A stretch of 64,000 nt of DNA. Origin: Myxococcota bacterium. GTDB taxonomy: Bacteria; Myxococcota_A; UBA796; UBA2385. The position numbers and the translations under genes are program-made. This document shows, piece by piece, positions 27,509 through 37,335 of this stretch (its first letter is position 1; every line of letters starts with the position of its first letter). The notes below the pieces were generated by a model. The model worked only from the letters and a program-made list of their open reading frames with translations, was not told the origin of the DNA and searched no databases. The stretch is from assembly GCA_044344255.1 (NCBI GenBank), contig JBIJDH010000015.1:96001-160000 (forward strand), in the 5' to 3' direction.

Positions 27509-30035
27509 ATGCCCCTGCCCCCCCCTTGGTGGAGCCGCCCCACGGCGGAGCTGGTCGCCGGGCTCTCCACGCCGAGGGGCCTCGATCCCGCCGAGGCCGC
27601 CGCCCGGCTCCGGCGAGACGGCCCCAACCGCGTCGTCGATCGCGCCGAGCGGAGCGCCTGGCGGGCCCTCTTCGCCCAGCTCGGCAACCCGCTCGTGCTG
27701 CTGCTGATCGTCGCCGCGCTGATCTCGCTCGCGGTGGGCGAGTGGGTGGACGCCGCGATCGTGCTCACCATCGTCTTCGTGAGCGCCGGGGTGGAGTGGT
27801 GGCAGGAGCGGCGGGCCGGAGAGGCCCTCGGCCGCCTCCGCGCGCGGGTCACCGTGCTCACCACGGTCGAGCGCGGCGGGGCGGCGCTCCAGGTGCCCGC
27901 CGAGGCGGTCGTGCGGGGTGACGTCGTGCGCCTGTCGGCCGGGAGCCTGATCCCCGCCGACGGCGTGGTGCTCGAGGCCCGCGACTTCTTCGTCAATCAG
28001 GCCAGCCTCACCGGAGAGACCTTCCCCGTCGAGAAGACCGCCGCGCCCTCACCGGCTGACGCCGCCCTCTCCGCCCGCACGAACGCGGTCTACCTCGGCA
28101 CGAACGTGCGCAGCGGCTCGGCGCGGATGCTCGTCGTCGAGACCGGCCGCGCCACGGTCTTCGGCGACATCGCGGCCCGCCTCGCCACCCCGACCGAGGA
28201 GACCGACTTCGAGCGGGGCCTCCGCGACTTCGGGCGCCTGCTCACCCAGGCGATGGCGGTCCTCGTCCTGCTCGTCTTCGCGGTCCACCTCTGGCTCGGC
28301 CGGCCCCTCGTCGACGGGCTCCTCTTCGCGATCGCGCTGGCGGTGGGCATCGCGCCCGAGCTCCTCCCCGCCGTGCTGCTCGTCAACCTCTCGCGCGGGG
28401 CGGAGCGGATGGCCGCGGCCGGGGTCATCGTGCGGCGCCTCGCCGCCATCGAAGACATCGGCAGCATGGACGTGCTGTGCACCGACAAGACGGGCACCCT
28501 CACCGTCGGCACCGTGCACCTGCAGGACGCGCTCGACCCCGAGGGCGCGGCCTCCCCCGAGGTCCTCCGCCTCGCCATCGTCAACGCCCGCTTGCAGACC
28601 GGCCTCGAGAACCCCCTCGACCTCGCCCTCTCCGCGCAGGATCCCGACGGGCCCCTCCCCGAGAAGATCGGCGAGATCCCCTACGACTTCCTCCGTAAGC
28701 GGCTCACCGTGGTGGTGCGGCGCGAAGACGGCGCGGCCGAGCTCATCACCAAGGGGGCCCTCGAGTCGGTCCTGTCCGTCTGCGCCTTCATCGACAGCCC
28801 GACCGGCTTTGTCCGCCTCGACGAGGCCGGCCGCGCCGCGCTCCACGCGCGCCTCGTCGACTGGAGCGCCGAGGGGTCGCGGGTGCTCGGGGTCGCCCGC
28901 GGCACCGTGAAGGACCGCGGGCGATACAGCCGCGCCGACGAGGCCGACCTCATCTTCATGGGCTTCCTCCGCTTCGAAGACCCGCTCAAGGAGGGGGGTG
29001 CGCGAGGCCATCGGCGCCCTCGCCGCGCTGGGGGTCGGCCTGAAGGTCATCACCGGAGACAACCGATACGCCGCCGAGCACCTCCGAAAGGCCCTGTCCC
29101 TGCCCGAGGCCCCGGTGCTCACCGGTCACGACCTCCTCCAGATGTCCGACGAGGCCCTCGGCCACCACGTCGAGGCCACGCAGGTCTTCGCCGAGGTCGA
29201 TCCCAATCAGAAGGAGCGCATCATCCGCGCCCTCCAGCGGCGCAGCCACGTCGTGGGCTACCTCGGCGACGGCATCAACGACGCGCCGGCCCTGCACGCC
29301 GCCGACGTGGGCCTCTCGGTAGAGGGGGCGGTCGACGTGGCCAAGGAGGCCGCCGACTTCGTCCTCCTGTCGCCTGACCTCGACGTGCTGCGCGCGGGTG
29401 TGATCCAAGGGCGGACCACCTTCGCCAACACGATGAAATACGTGATGACCACCGAGTCTGCCAATCTCGGAAATATGCTCTCGATGGCGGCGGCGTCCTG
29501 GTTCTTGCCCTTCCTGCCCTTGCTCGCCAAGCAGATCCTCCTCAACAATTTCCTGTCCGACTTTCCGGCGATGGCGATGGCCTCGGACACCGTAGACGAG
29601 GAGCTCATTCGCCGCCCCCAGCGTTGGGATGTGGCCGGCATTCGTCGTTTCATGATCTTCTTCGGGCTCATCTCCTCGGTCTTTGACGGCCTCACCTTCT
29701 TCGTGCTGCTCCACGTCGCCCGCGCGAGCGAGGTGGGCTTCCGCACCGCCTGGTTCGTCGAGTCACTCCTCTCGGAGCTGGCGGTGGCCCTCGTCATCCG
29801 CACCCGCCGCCGCGCCTGGCAGAGCCGCCCCGGCAAGGCCCTCTGGTGGAGCTCGGTCGTCGTCGCCGCCGTGGCCATCGCGCTCCCCTACCTGCCCGGC
29901 GCCGACCGCCTCGGCTTCGCCCCGATGCCCCCGGCCCTGCTCGCGACCGTCCTCGGGGTCACGGCCGCCTACGTGGTCACCGTCGAGGTGGGCAAGGTGG
30001 TGTTCTACCGTTGGCTGTTCGTGGACCGGCCCTGA
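27509..30035 (+). pseudogene. mgtA: Mg2+-importing P-type ATPase, split by a +1 frameshift in a G6 run (28993-28998); may be a sequencing error
   Basis: LTGE, PE, DKTGTLT in ORF1; TGDN, GDGINDAPAL, ANLGNMLS, QILLNN in ORF2; removing one G joins them. Confidence 0.8.
29997..30035 (+). repeat. Direct repeat copy B1 (3' end of mgtA); partner at 36647-36685
   Basis: gtggtgttctaccgttggctgttcgtggaccggccctga, 33/39 identical to 36647-36685. Confidence 0.88.
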
Positions 30036-30065
30036 CGCCCAGAGACCCGGACGGATAGCGCTGGT

Positions 30066-32675
30066 ATGATGAACGCCTTCCTTCACAAGTCCGTCCACAG
30101 TCAGCCCGCCGAGCAGATCGCCGACCTGATGGAGTGCCTCTCGGCGATCCCCGCGAAGGGGCCCATCCGATTGCCGCAGGTCAAGGCGTTGCAGGGCGGC
30201 TTGAGAGGCGTCCTTCGCCTCCGGGACGGTCACTATCGCGCCTTCTTCCATGTTGAGGATGTGGAGGGCGAGGGTGTAGACGGCGAAGGTGTAGAGTCCA
30301 CGCGTCGCACCGTCTGGATCCACGCGCTCGTGCCGCGAAGGGATGCCTATCGCCAGGCGGGGCCGCAGCAGCGAGTTGAACGTTGGCTGAAGACCAACCC
30401 TCGGAGCGTAGACGGGTACGTTCGTCGTGCGGTGCCCGTGTTGGGTCCGACCGTCCTCGGTTCACCCGTTGTCCTCCCTTATGTCCTCCCTTGGCTCAGT
30501 GAGCGGCAGGGTGACCTGTTGGAAGCGATCAGCGCAGGCGCAGGCGCTGGCGCCGAGAGGCGGAGCTTCTTGCACCTCGCGGTCGGGCCGCCGGGGAGCG
30601 GCAAGACTGTCGTCGCTATCGAAGCCGCGCGGGAGGCCTGGCTCCGCGACGCCGATGTGCTGTTCCTCGTCCCCTCCAGCCGCTTGGTGCGGCAGGTCCG
30701 GGATGCGCTGGTGGACGGCGAGCGCCTCGCGCCAGAGCCATTCGGCGCAGGCGCTCCATCGAGCGCACCCCAGGTCTGGGTTGAGCGTGTTCAGGACTTC
30801 TTTCGTTCCTTCGGGCGGGCCCGTGAGCCCGACGGTTGGGTCGCAAATTGGCTGCGGCGCGCCTACCAGCTCCCGGCCCTCCAGCGCTGGAGGGCTGAAC
30901 ATCCGACCGCGTCGGGCCCCCGCTTCGTCGAGCTCGTGGACGCGGTCCTGTTCGATGAGCAGGCGACAGGCACCAAAGAGAAGGACGCCCTGTCCAATCA
31001 GGATGACAAACTTCGAAGGGCGCTGGAGGCGCTCGAGGGGCCCGCGCTGCGGGCTGCGCTCGGAGGTTGCCGACCCCCCGACCGCGCGCTTCGGTGGGAG
31101 CGGGCCCGCGCCACCTTGGACCCGCTTCGGCACCTTCATCGGGGGCGAGAGCTCTTGATCCTCGTCGACGAAGCTCAGGACCTTGCCCCCGGTGAGTGGC
31201 AGACGCTGGTGAAGGCGGCGTGGCACCGAAGCGCGCGGGGCGGCCCTCGAACCACCCTCGCCCTGTTCGGGGATGAGAACCAGCGGATCACACCCTCTGC
31301 TTTTTCCTGGTCTGACGTTCAGGACTTCACGAGCGGGCTGGCTCCAGAGCTCGGCCGTGGCGGGGGGCATCGAAGGGTGAGCCTCCCCGGTTCGCACCGA
31401 ACCCCGGCCAACATCGCCCGTGCGGCGGCCTCCCTCATGGACGGCTCCCTCGTCGGGGGTCGCCACCGCCGAGCGGAGACCGCGGATCCCGAGCGCCTTC
31501 AGCCTGGCGGATTGGTGCTTGTCCACGTGTGTGACGCCCCCGAGGCGCTCCTGCACGAGGCGGCGAGCACCGCCTTCCGAGGTCGAGACCGCGACGACCG
31601 CGTCGTCGTCCTCCCGGTGTCGGAGGGCCCGCTCGGGCCGCACCTCGACGCGCTCGCGGTCGAGGAGGCGAAGGGCTTGGAGTGGCCGGCGGTGGTGTTG
31701 CTCGGGCTCTTCGGGGACGGGGTAGACTTCGATGCCCGTGCTCGGGCCTATACGCGCCTCACCCGCGCATGGTGCCAGGTGCTCATCCTCCTCCGGCCAG
31801 AAGAGTGGGAACGTGTCGGCGGTGTCTGGACGGAGGCGGGTGTTCCCCACCGAACGGTAGGCGCTGAGCACCTCCCCGCGGTGCTCGTGGGCTTCATCGA
31901 CACCAGCGGCCACGCGCAGCGGACGTCGGAGCGGGTCTCTCGAATCGAGAGCCTCATCGAACAAGCGGAGAGCGGGGGCGAGCCATTCCCCTTGGAGGTC
32001 CTCGGAGAGACCTACGCGGTGTCTCTGCTCCGATGGGGAGCCGGCGAAGCGCTCCTGAGCGTCGCTGCGACCGCGCTGGAGCTCATGCCGCGTTGGGAAA
32101 GTGACCTCCTCGCGGCCACCCGGGCTGACGACGCAGAGCGGGCCGCAGCCGCCTGGCTCCTGCTCGGCGACGCTGGGGCGGCGCTTGTCCACCTGGAGAC
32201 TCACGCTGACCGGTCTTCGCTCCTCGGGCCGCTGGTGGAGCTGGTTCGTCGGGGGTCGGCCTTCCACCGAGCCAGCGCCGACCTTCGGCGCGCCTCCGGT
32301 TTCGGCCGACCGCTCACCAGCTTGATTCGGGAGGCGCTCCTCCGACGGTGTCTGGAGCGCCTCCGATCCGCCGGCCAGATAGATCCCCCGGACACTGTCC
32401 ACCCCGCCCAGACCCGATGGGAGCACTCCGTCCAGGACACGATCCACGTCACCCACACCGAGGTCGAAACAATGATGAACGAGATCGCAGGGGTGTTTGG
32501 CGGACAATGGGACTCCTCTCAGTCCGGGCTGCTCCAATCCCTTCACAACGAAGCCCTTTCGGCGCGGGTGAAGGGGCTGTCCACTCGCTGGGACCGCCTC
32601 GTGTCTCCAATCGGTGGAGCGCTTGATGATACAACGCAGGATGGCGACGTGATCCAAGAAGGACGTGATCCATGA
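30066..32675 (+). CDS. RelE/ParE-like toxin domain fused to a superfamily-1 (UvrD-like) helicase/ATPase
   Basis: N-terminal LRLRDGHYRAFF..VWIHALVPRRDAYR; GPPGSGKT, VDEAQD, GDENQ, SHR, AKGLEW, YTRLTRA. Confidence 0.75.
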   Translation: MMNAFLHKSVHSQPAEQIADLMECLSAIPAKGPIRLPQVKALQGGLRGVLRLRDGHYRAFFHVEDVEGEGVDGEGVESTRRTVWIHALVPRRDAYRQAGPQQRVERWLKTNPRSVDGYVRRAVPVLGPTVLGSPVVLPYVLPWLSERQGDLLEAISAGAGAGAERRSFLHLAVGPPGSGKTVVAIEAAREAWLRDADVLFLVPSSRLVRQVRDALVDGERLAPEPFGAGAPSSAPQVWVERVQDFFRSFGRAREPDGWVANWLRRAYQLPALQRWRAEHPTASGPRFVELVDAVLFDEQATGTKEKDALSNQDDKLRRALEALEGPALRAALGGCRPPDRALRWERARATLDPLRHLHRGRELLILVDEAQDLAPGEWQTLVKAAWHRSARGGPRTTLALFGDENQRITPSAFSWSDVQDFTSGLAPELGRGGGHRRVSLPGSHRTPANIARAAASLMDGSLVGGRHRRAETADPERLQPGGLVLVHVCDAPEALLHEAASTAFRGRDRDDRVVVLPVSEGPLGPHLDALAVEEAKGLEWPAVVLLGLFGDGVDFDARARAYTRLTRAWCQVLILLRPEEWERVGGVWTEAGVPHRTVGAEHLPAVLVGFIDTSGHAQRTSERVSRIESLIEQAESGGEPFPLEVLGETYAVSLLRWGAGEALLSVAATALELMPRWESDLLAATRADDAERAAAAWLLLGDAGAALVHLETHADRSSLLGPLVELVRRGSAFHRASADLRRASGFGRPLTSLIREALLRRCLERLRSAGQIDPPDTVHPAQTRWEHSVQDTIHVTHTEVETMMNEIAGVFGGQWDSSQSGLLQSLHNEALSARVKGLSTRWDRLVSPIGGALDDTTQDGDVIQEGRDP

Positions 32676-33868
32676 GGTCTGACCCCAACCCCAACATGTC
32701 CGTAGAGCCCACTCCGCACATCTCCCCGGCGGTTGAGACCTCTCCAGCGGTGGAGATCTCCCCAGCGGTTGAGGCCGTGATCGGAACGGAGGCGCAGCTC
32801 TTGGAGATGTTGCACCACGATCTCGAACGCGCCCTGGACGCGAAGATCGACGCGGCGCGTAAGGAGCTCTCGAAGCGTGTCGCGGATCGGGACGCCGAAC
32901 TGGCGGACACCCTCCGCGACTGGGAGGCGCGGGAGTCCGCCGCCGAGAAGAAGCTCGCCGCCCTACAGGCCGAGCGTGACAGGGCCAACGAGCGGGCCGT
33001 GCGCCTGGAGGCCGATCGTCTCGCCCTCCAGGCGGAGCTTACCGCCTCCACGCAGCGCCGAGAGGGGGTGGAGGAAGCATTGGAGTGCGAGCGGCTCGCC
33101 CGCGCCGAAACCGAGGCCGCCCTGGAATTTGAGCGCGCTCGGCCGCCGGCCCCCAACCCGACCCCCGCTGAGCCCGCACTTCCGATACCCCAGGGGTCGT
33201 TCGGCGCTCAGCTCCTAGGATGGTCCCTGAGCGAGCTCGACGGGGAGCCCATCCTCGGCTGGGGGCGACCGGACCCCTCACCGGACTATTCAACGATCGC
33301 CTATGCCACAGGTGGGTGGTCTTTCTATCACGAAGGGTTGGGGCCGGCGGAGGGCGTCTCCGCTCGTCGGTTCCGGCTGGAGCTGACCCTCCCGGAGGCC
33401 GACCGGTGGGTGGCGTGGATCAGCGAAGCCCCAGACGTCCTCGCCTGGCTGCCGCACGTCGAGGACCCCGATCCGACCTGCATCGCGAGCGTGCCGTGGG
33501 GAGCGCTCTATGGGGATCGGGCATCCGCCGAGGCGGCCGGCCTGCGTCTGGGGGTGAAGTCCTTCAACTTCTCAGCGCCCATCCCAATCGCGCAGGCGAT
33601 CTGCGAACCGCCGCCGCTGCATGAGTGGTTGGCCGCCGATCAGTCGTTGGTGCGGTGGCTTGAGTGGATGGGCTTCCAGGTAGCCGATCTTCGCCCCGCG
33701 AACAGCCTCTGGATCCTGGATGGCGCGTCGGGGGAGCGTGGCGCCTGGACGCCTCGGATGGAGGCGCTCTATCGACTCCTCCGCCGGGCGGATTTCCCGG
33801 TTCAGCGCACCGCGCCGGATGGGCCGGGTCACAAGCTTTACGGGCAGGCTGCCTACATCAGGGCATGA
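32672..33868 (+). CDS. Hypothetical protein with N-terminal coiled coil
   Basis: ATGA overlap with the helicase gene; long E/A/R-rich heptad region; 18-bp x3 repeat at 32720-32773. Confidence 0.65.
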   Translation: MRSDPNPNMSVEPTPHISPAVETSPAVEISPAVEAVIGTEAQLLEMLHHDLERALDAKIDAARKELSKRVADRDAELADTLRDWEARESAAEKKLAALQAERDRANERAVRLEADRLALQAELTASTQRREGVEEALECERLARAETEAALEFERARPPAPNPTPAEPALPIPQGSFGAQLLGWSLSELDGEPILGWGRPDPSPDYSTIAYATGGWSFYHEGLGPAEGVSARRFRLELTLPEADRWVAWISEAPDVLAWLPHVEDPDPTCIASVPWGALYGDRASAEAAGLRLGVKSFNFSAPIPIAQAICEPPPLHEWLAADQSLVRWLEWMGFQVADLRPANSLWILDGASGERGAWTPRMEALYRLLRRADFPVQRTAPDGPGHKLYGQAAYIRA

Positions 33869-33991
33869 ATTGACTTCCGCGTCCTCTCCGGGCGCCGACG
33901 AGGACTTGTCTGGTCAGGCCTCACAACGCTCCCCCTTCATGCGCTACCATGCCGCTCCCGGTGAACCCCGCCCGCCGGCCCGAGCGCCCGC

Positions 33992-34252
33992 ATGATCCCC
34001 AGCCCCGGTGAAGTCGTCCACTGCCGATCGCGGCGCTACCTCGTCGAGGATGTCGTACCCCGCGCCACGCTCGGCGAGGACACCCTCGTCCGCCTCGCCT
34101 GCATCGACGACGACGCCCAGGGGCAACCGCTCGAGGTGCTGTGGGAGCGGGAGATCGACGCCCGCAGCCTGAGCGCCACCCCCTGGGGGTCCGTCGTCGC
34201 CAAGGGCTTCGACGATCCTCGGTGGTTCTCGGGCCCCCAGAAGGAGGATTGA
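33992..34252 (+). pseudogene. drmD: N-terminal fragment of a DISARM DrmD-like SNF2 helicase
   Basis: PGEVV..RSRRYLVEDV..LVRLACIDDDAQGQPLEVLWERE..GFDDP matches the DrmD N-terminus as recalled; stops at 86 aa with no helicase motifs. Confidence 0.65.
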
Positions 34253-34538
34253 TGGGGTTCGGCCGCAGGGCACAGGCGAGGGACAGCGCCCTGCTAACGC
34301 CGGCAGTCCCCCTCCGTCGCCGATGCGGCGACACCTCCCCCAGCGGATGGGGGAGGCTGTTTTCTTCGATGTTCACTCCTCTGAATGCTGGTCCTGCCGA
34401 CATCATCCTCCCCCATCTTATGGGAGAGGTGGCGCTCGTCGCGCCGGAGGCGGACGCGGAAGAGCGCCGGCACGAGGCTGCGATACGCCGGCTTGGGCGC
34501 TCCGGTCTGCACCAGCCGCACCGGAAAGGAGCACCGTG

Positions 34539-36263
34539 ATGCCCCTCCCCCTCTCCATCACCGACCTCCTGCACGGCAAGACCGTGGAGTGGGAGCGCCT
34601 TGAGCTCAAGGCCGGCTGGAACCCGCTGGACGTGCTTCACACCCTCTGCGCCTTCGCCAATGACTTCCACAACTTCGGGGGCGGCTACATCCTCATCGGG
34701 GTCGCCGAGCAGGATGGCCGCCCCGTGCTGCCGCCGGTGGGCCTCTCGCTGGAGGGCCTCGACAGCATTCAGAAGGAGCTCCTGAACCTCGGTCACAGCG
34801 CGATGAAGCCCTCCTATCACCCGATCGCCGCCCCTTACGAGATCGATGGGCGGCAGATCCTCGTGCTCTGGGCCCCTGGCGGACAGACCCGCCCTTATCG
34901 GGCACGAATGACGCTCGGGAAGGACGACCGCGACTACGGCTGGTTCATCCGTAAGGGATCATCCACCGTTGTCGCCCGCGGCGCCGATGAGACCGAGCTC
35001 ATGTCTCTCGCGGCGACGGTGCCCTTTGATGATCGGGTCAACCAGCGGGCCACGGTGGAGGATCTCTCCCGCCCGCTGATCATCGAATTTCTCACCGAGG
35101 TCGGGAGCGAGCTCGCCCTGCCGGCGGCGACACTCCCCCTCGCGGAGCTCGGCCGCCAGATGCATGTCGTGGGCGGCTCCCCGGAGGCCCCTTTCCCGCT
35201 GAACGTCGGCCTGCTCTTCTTCAATCCGGCACCGCACCGCTTCTTCCCCGGCACGCAGATCGATGTCGTGTGGTTCCCCGAGGGGCCCGGCGCCGACCGC
35301 TTCACCGAGAAGGAGTTTCGCGGGCCCATTCACCGCATCCTCCGCGACGCCCTCGACCACATCGACCGCCTTTACATCACCGTCACGGTCATCAAGCATC
35401 GCGACCGCCCCCAGGCCGACCGCGTCTTTAATTTCCCCCTCGACGCCATCGAGGAGGCCCTTGTCAACGCCATCTACCATCGGTCCTATGAGGAGCGGGA
35501 GCCCGTCGAGGTGCGTATCGGCCGGGAGGAGCTCTCCGTCGTGAGCTACCCCGGGCCCGATCGCTCGGTGAAGCTGGAGGCCCTGCGCGCGGGGCGGGCG
35601 ATGTCGAGGCGCTACCGGAACCGGCGCATCGGCGAGCTCTTGAAGGAGCTGGACCTCACCGAGGGGCGCGGCACCGGCATCTCCAAGATCGTTCGAGCGA
35701 TGAAGGTAAATGGGTCGCCGCCGCCGGTCTTCGAGTTTGACGAGGACCACAGCTACTTCGCCGTGGTCCTGCCGATTCATGTGGCCGCCAGCCCACGGGG
35801 GGGAACCGAACAAGTCACCGGGGAAGTCACCCTACAAGTCACCCCACAAGTCGACCCGGCGACCCCGGACGTCACCCCACAAGTCGACCCGGCGACCCCG
35901 GAAGTCACCCTACAAGTCACCCCGGAGGTCGACCCGGCGACCCCGGAAGTCGTCTCGACAGATAATAAACATGTCGTTAAACCTGAAGAACGCGACGCCC
36001 TACAAGTCACCCTACAAGTCACCCTACAAGTTGAGTCCGAGCTGCTACTGCTGCTCTCGTCGGTCTCAGACGAGCCCTCCACGAGGCAGATCCTGACGCG
36101 CCTCGGGCTGGTGGACCGGGCAAACCTCCGGGACTTGTACCTGCTCCCTGCCCTCGCCGAGGGCCTCGTCGAGATGACCCGCCCCGACAAGCCGCGCAGC
36201 AGCAAGCAGCGATACCGCCTCACCGAGAAGGGCCGAGTCTGGCTCGCCCGTTCGAAACCCTGA
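34539..36263 (+). CDS. Schlafen/AlbA_2 + HATPase_c_4 (RecG-C-like) ATP-binding protein with C-terminal HTH
   Basis: aaggag RBS; ELK, CAFAN..GGYILIGV, EALVNAIYHRSY, RNRRIGE.LKEL, EGRGTG, PDKPRSSKQRYRLT. Confidence 0.85.
   Translation: MPLPLSITDLLHGKTVEWERLELKAGWNPLDVLHTLCAFANDFHNFGGGYILIGVAEQDGRPVLPPVGLSLEGLDSIQKELLNLGHSAMKPSYHPIAAPYEIDGRQILVLWAPGGQTRPYRARMTLGKDDRDYGWFIRKGSSTVVARGADETELMSLAATVPFDDRVNQRATVEDLSRPLIIEFLTEVGSELALPAATLPLAELGRQMHVVGGSPEAPFPLNVGLLFFNPAPHRFFPGTQIDVVWFPEGPGADRFTEKEFRGPIHRILRDALDHIDRLYITVTVIKHRDRPQADRVFNFPLDAIEEALVNAIYHRSYEEREPVEVRIGREELSVVSYPGPDRSVKLEALRAGRAMSRRYRNRRIGELLKELDLTEGRGTGISKIVRAMKVNGSPPPVFEFDEDHSYFAVVLPIHVAASPRGGTEQVTGEVTLQVTPQVDPATPDVTPQVDPATPEVTLQVTPEVDPATPEVVSTDNKHVVKPEERDALQVTLQVTLQVESELLLLLSSVSDEPSTRQILTRLGLVDRANLRDLYLLPALAEGLVEMTRPDKPRSSKQRYRLTEKGRVWLARSKP
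35811..36030 (+). repeat. In-frame tandem repeats (12-bp caagtcaccc(c/t)a and longer units) encoding QVTP/QVTL/VDPATPE
   Basis: Seen directly. Confidence 0.9.
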
Positions 36264-36646
36264 GTGTCGACACAGCGAGCCCCGAGCGCCCCAGGGAACC
36301 GAACGATGTGCGCGACCGCCTGCGACGTGCGCTCCGTCTGGACCTCGTGGGTGCAGAGGTCCGCTGGGGGACAACGACACCCTCATCCCAAACCCTACGC
36401 AGGTCTCGGGCGAGACGCTGACGGCGAAGCAGCGAGGGGGAGCGGGATACGGAAGTCGAAGCGGATCCAGCTCTCCTTGCCGGTCCACCGGGCTCAAGAA
36501 GACCTATCTGTCCCCGGCCACCCGGGCGTCCGCCTCGTCGTGACCGCTCGCGTGGTGGTGGGCACTGCCGTGAAGGCGGGCTCGGTGTCTGACTTTGTCG
36601 TGACCGAGCGGCCGCCCGCTGGCGATCCGGTGCACGAGCGGTCTGA
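36264..36646 (+). pseudogene. Decayed N-terminal fragment of a DISARM DrmA-like helicase
   Basis: VRDRLRRALRLDLVG (36308-36352) and, in another frame, VPGHPGVRLVVTAR..SVSDFVVTERPP resemble the DrmA N-terminus; cut off at repeat B2. Confidence 0.45.
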
Positions 36647-36685
36647 GTGGTGTACTACCGCTGGCTGTTCGTGCACCGGCCGTAG
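36647..36685 (+). repeat. Direct repeat copy B2: orphan 3' end of mgtA
   Basis: Encodes VVYYRWLFVHRP* versus VVFYRWLFVDRP* at 29997-30035. Confidence 0.88.
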
Positions 36686-36847
36686 CCATTGCCGCAGCGA
36701 TCGCCGTCGCCAGCGGGCGCGGGTCGTCGACCCAGCGGGGCGAGGCTCCCGTTGCGGTCGCTTTCACGGTGTGGGCTCGGAGGGCCGGCCGGCCTATCCA
36801 GGGAGTGCCCGCCTGCGGCTCGACGCGGGGGGCGAATAGAGGCCTCC

Positions 36848-37311
36848 GTGACCCCCGCCGATTCGATAGCCACCCTGCCTTCCCAGTCGCCGCGCCCCGA
36901 CGCCTCGGAGGGCGACGAGGCGCTCCGCCGCGCCCACCTGACCCGCGAGGGCTCGGTTCGTGTCTTCGGATCGCTCCTCCTGGTCGTGGGCGGCCTGTCG
37001 ATCGTCCAAGGCGTCCTGTTGATCGCGCTCGGGAGCCTCGCGCGGACCGCCGAGGCAGACCTCACCGCAGAGCTGCCCCGGCTGCTCCAGGGCGGTGCGC
37101 TCCCTCGGAGACACCCTCGGTGCTCATGGGCCTCTGCGGCCTTTATCTGCTCGGCTCGAAGCAGGGGGAGATGGTCTTTACCGAGCGATACGCCGAGGCG
37201 CGCCGCAGCACCCCGCAAATCGTCTATCGCCCCTCAAGGGTGGCCTGGGGCCTCGTGCTCTTGGCGCTCTCCGGTGTCAGCCTCGTGGTCTGGCTCGGGC
37301 TGGGCCGCTGA
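36848..37311 (+). pseudogene. Membrane protein, frameshifted or internally deleted
   Basis: Hydrophobic N-part in one frame (LRRAHL..EGSVR..GSLLLVVGG) and C-part in another (LYLLGSKQG..VF..Y..TPQIVYR + TM); switch near 37100. Confidence 0.45.
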
Positions 37312-37335
37312 TCGGTCGGGCGCGGGCGCTCCGGG

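Larger units (their letters stand above)
30036..36685. mobile_element. Putative integrase-free genomic islet 2 (defence cargo)
   Basis: Bounded by the duplicated mgtA 3' end; relaxed codon usage; helicase-toxin, DISARM fragments and AlbA_2 protein. Confidence 0.65.

Noticed and set aside
34253..34538. Possible drmMI methyltransferase remnant between the drmD stub and the AlbA_2 gene
   Set aside because: No recognisable methyltransferase motif in the frames examined.
35811..36030. Possible CRISPR array
   Set aside because: The repeats are in-frame and tandem, with no unique spacers and no cas genes.
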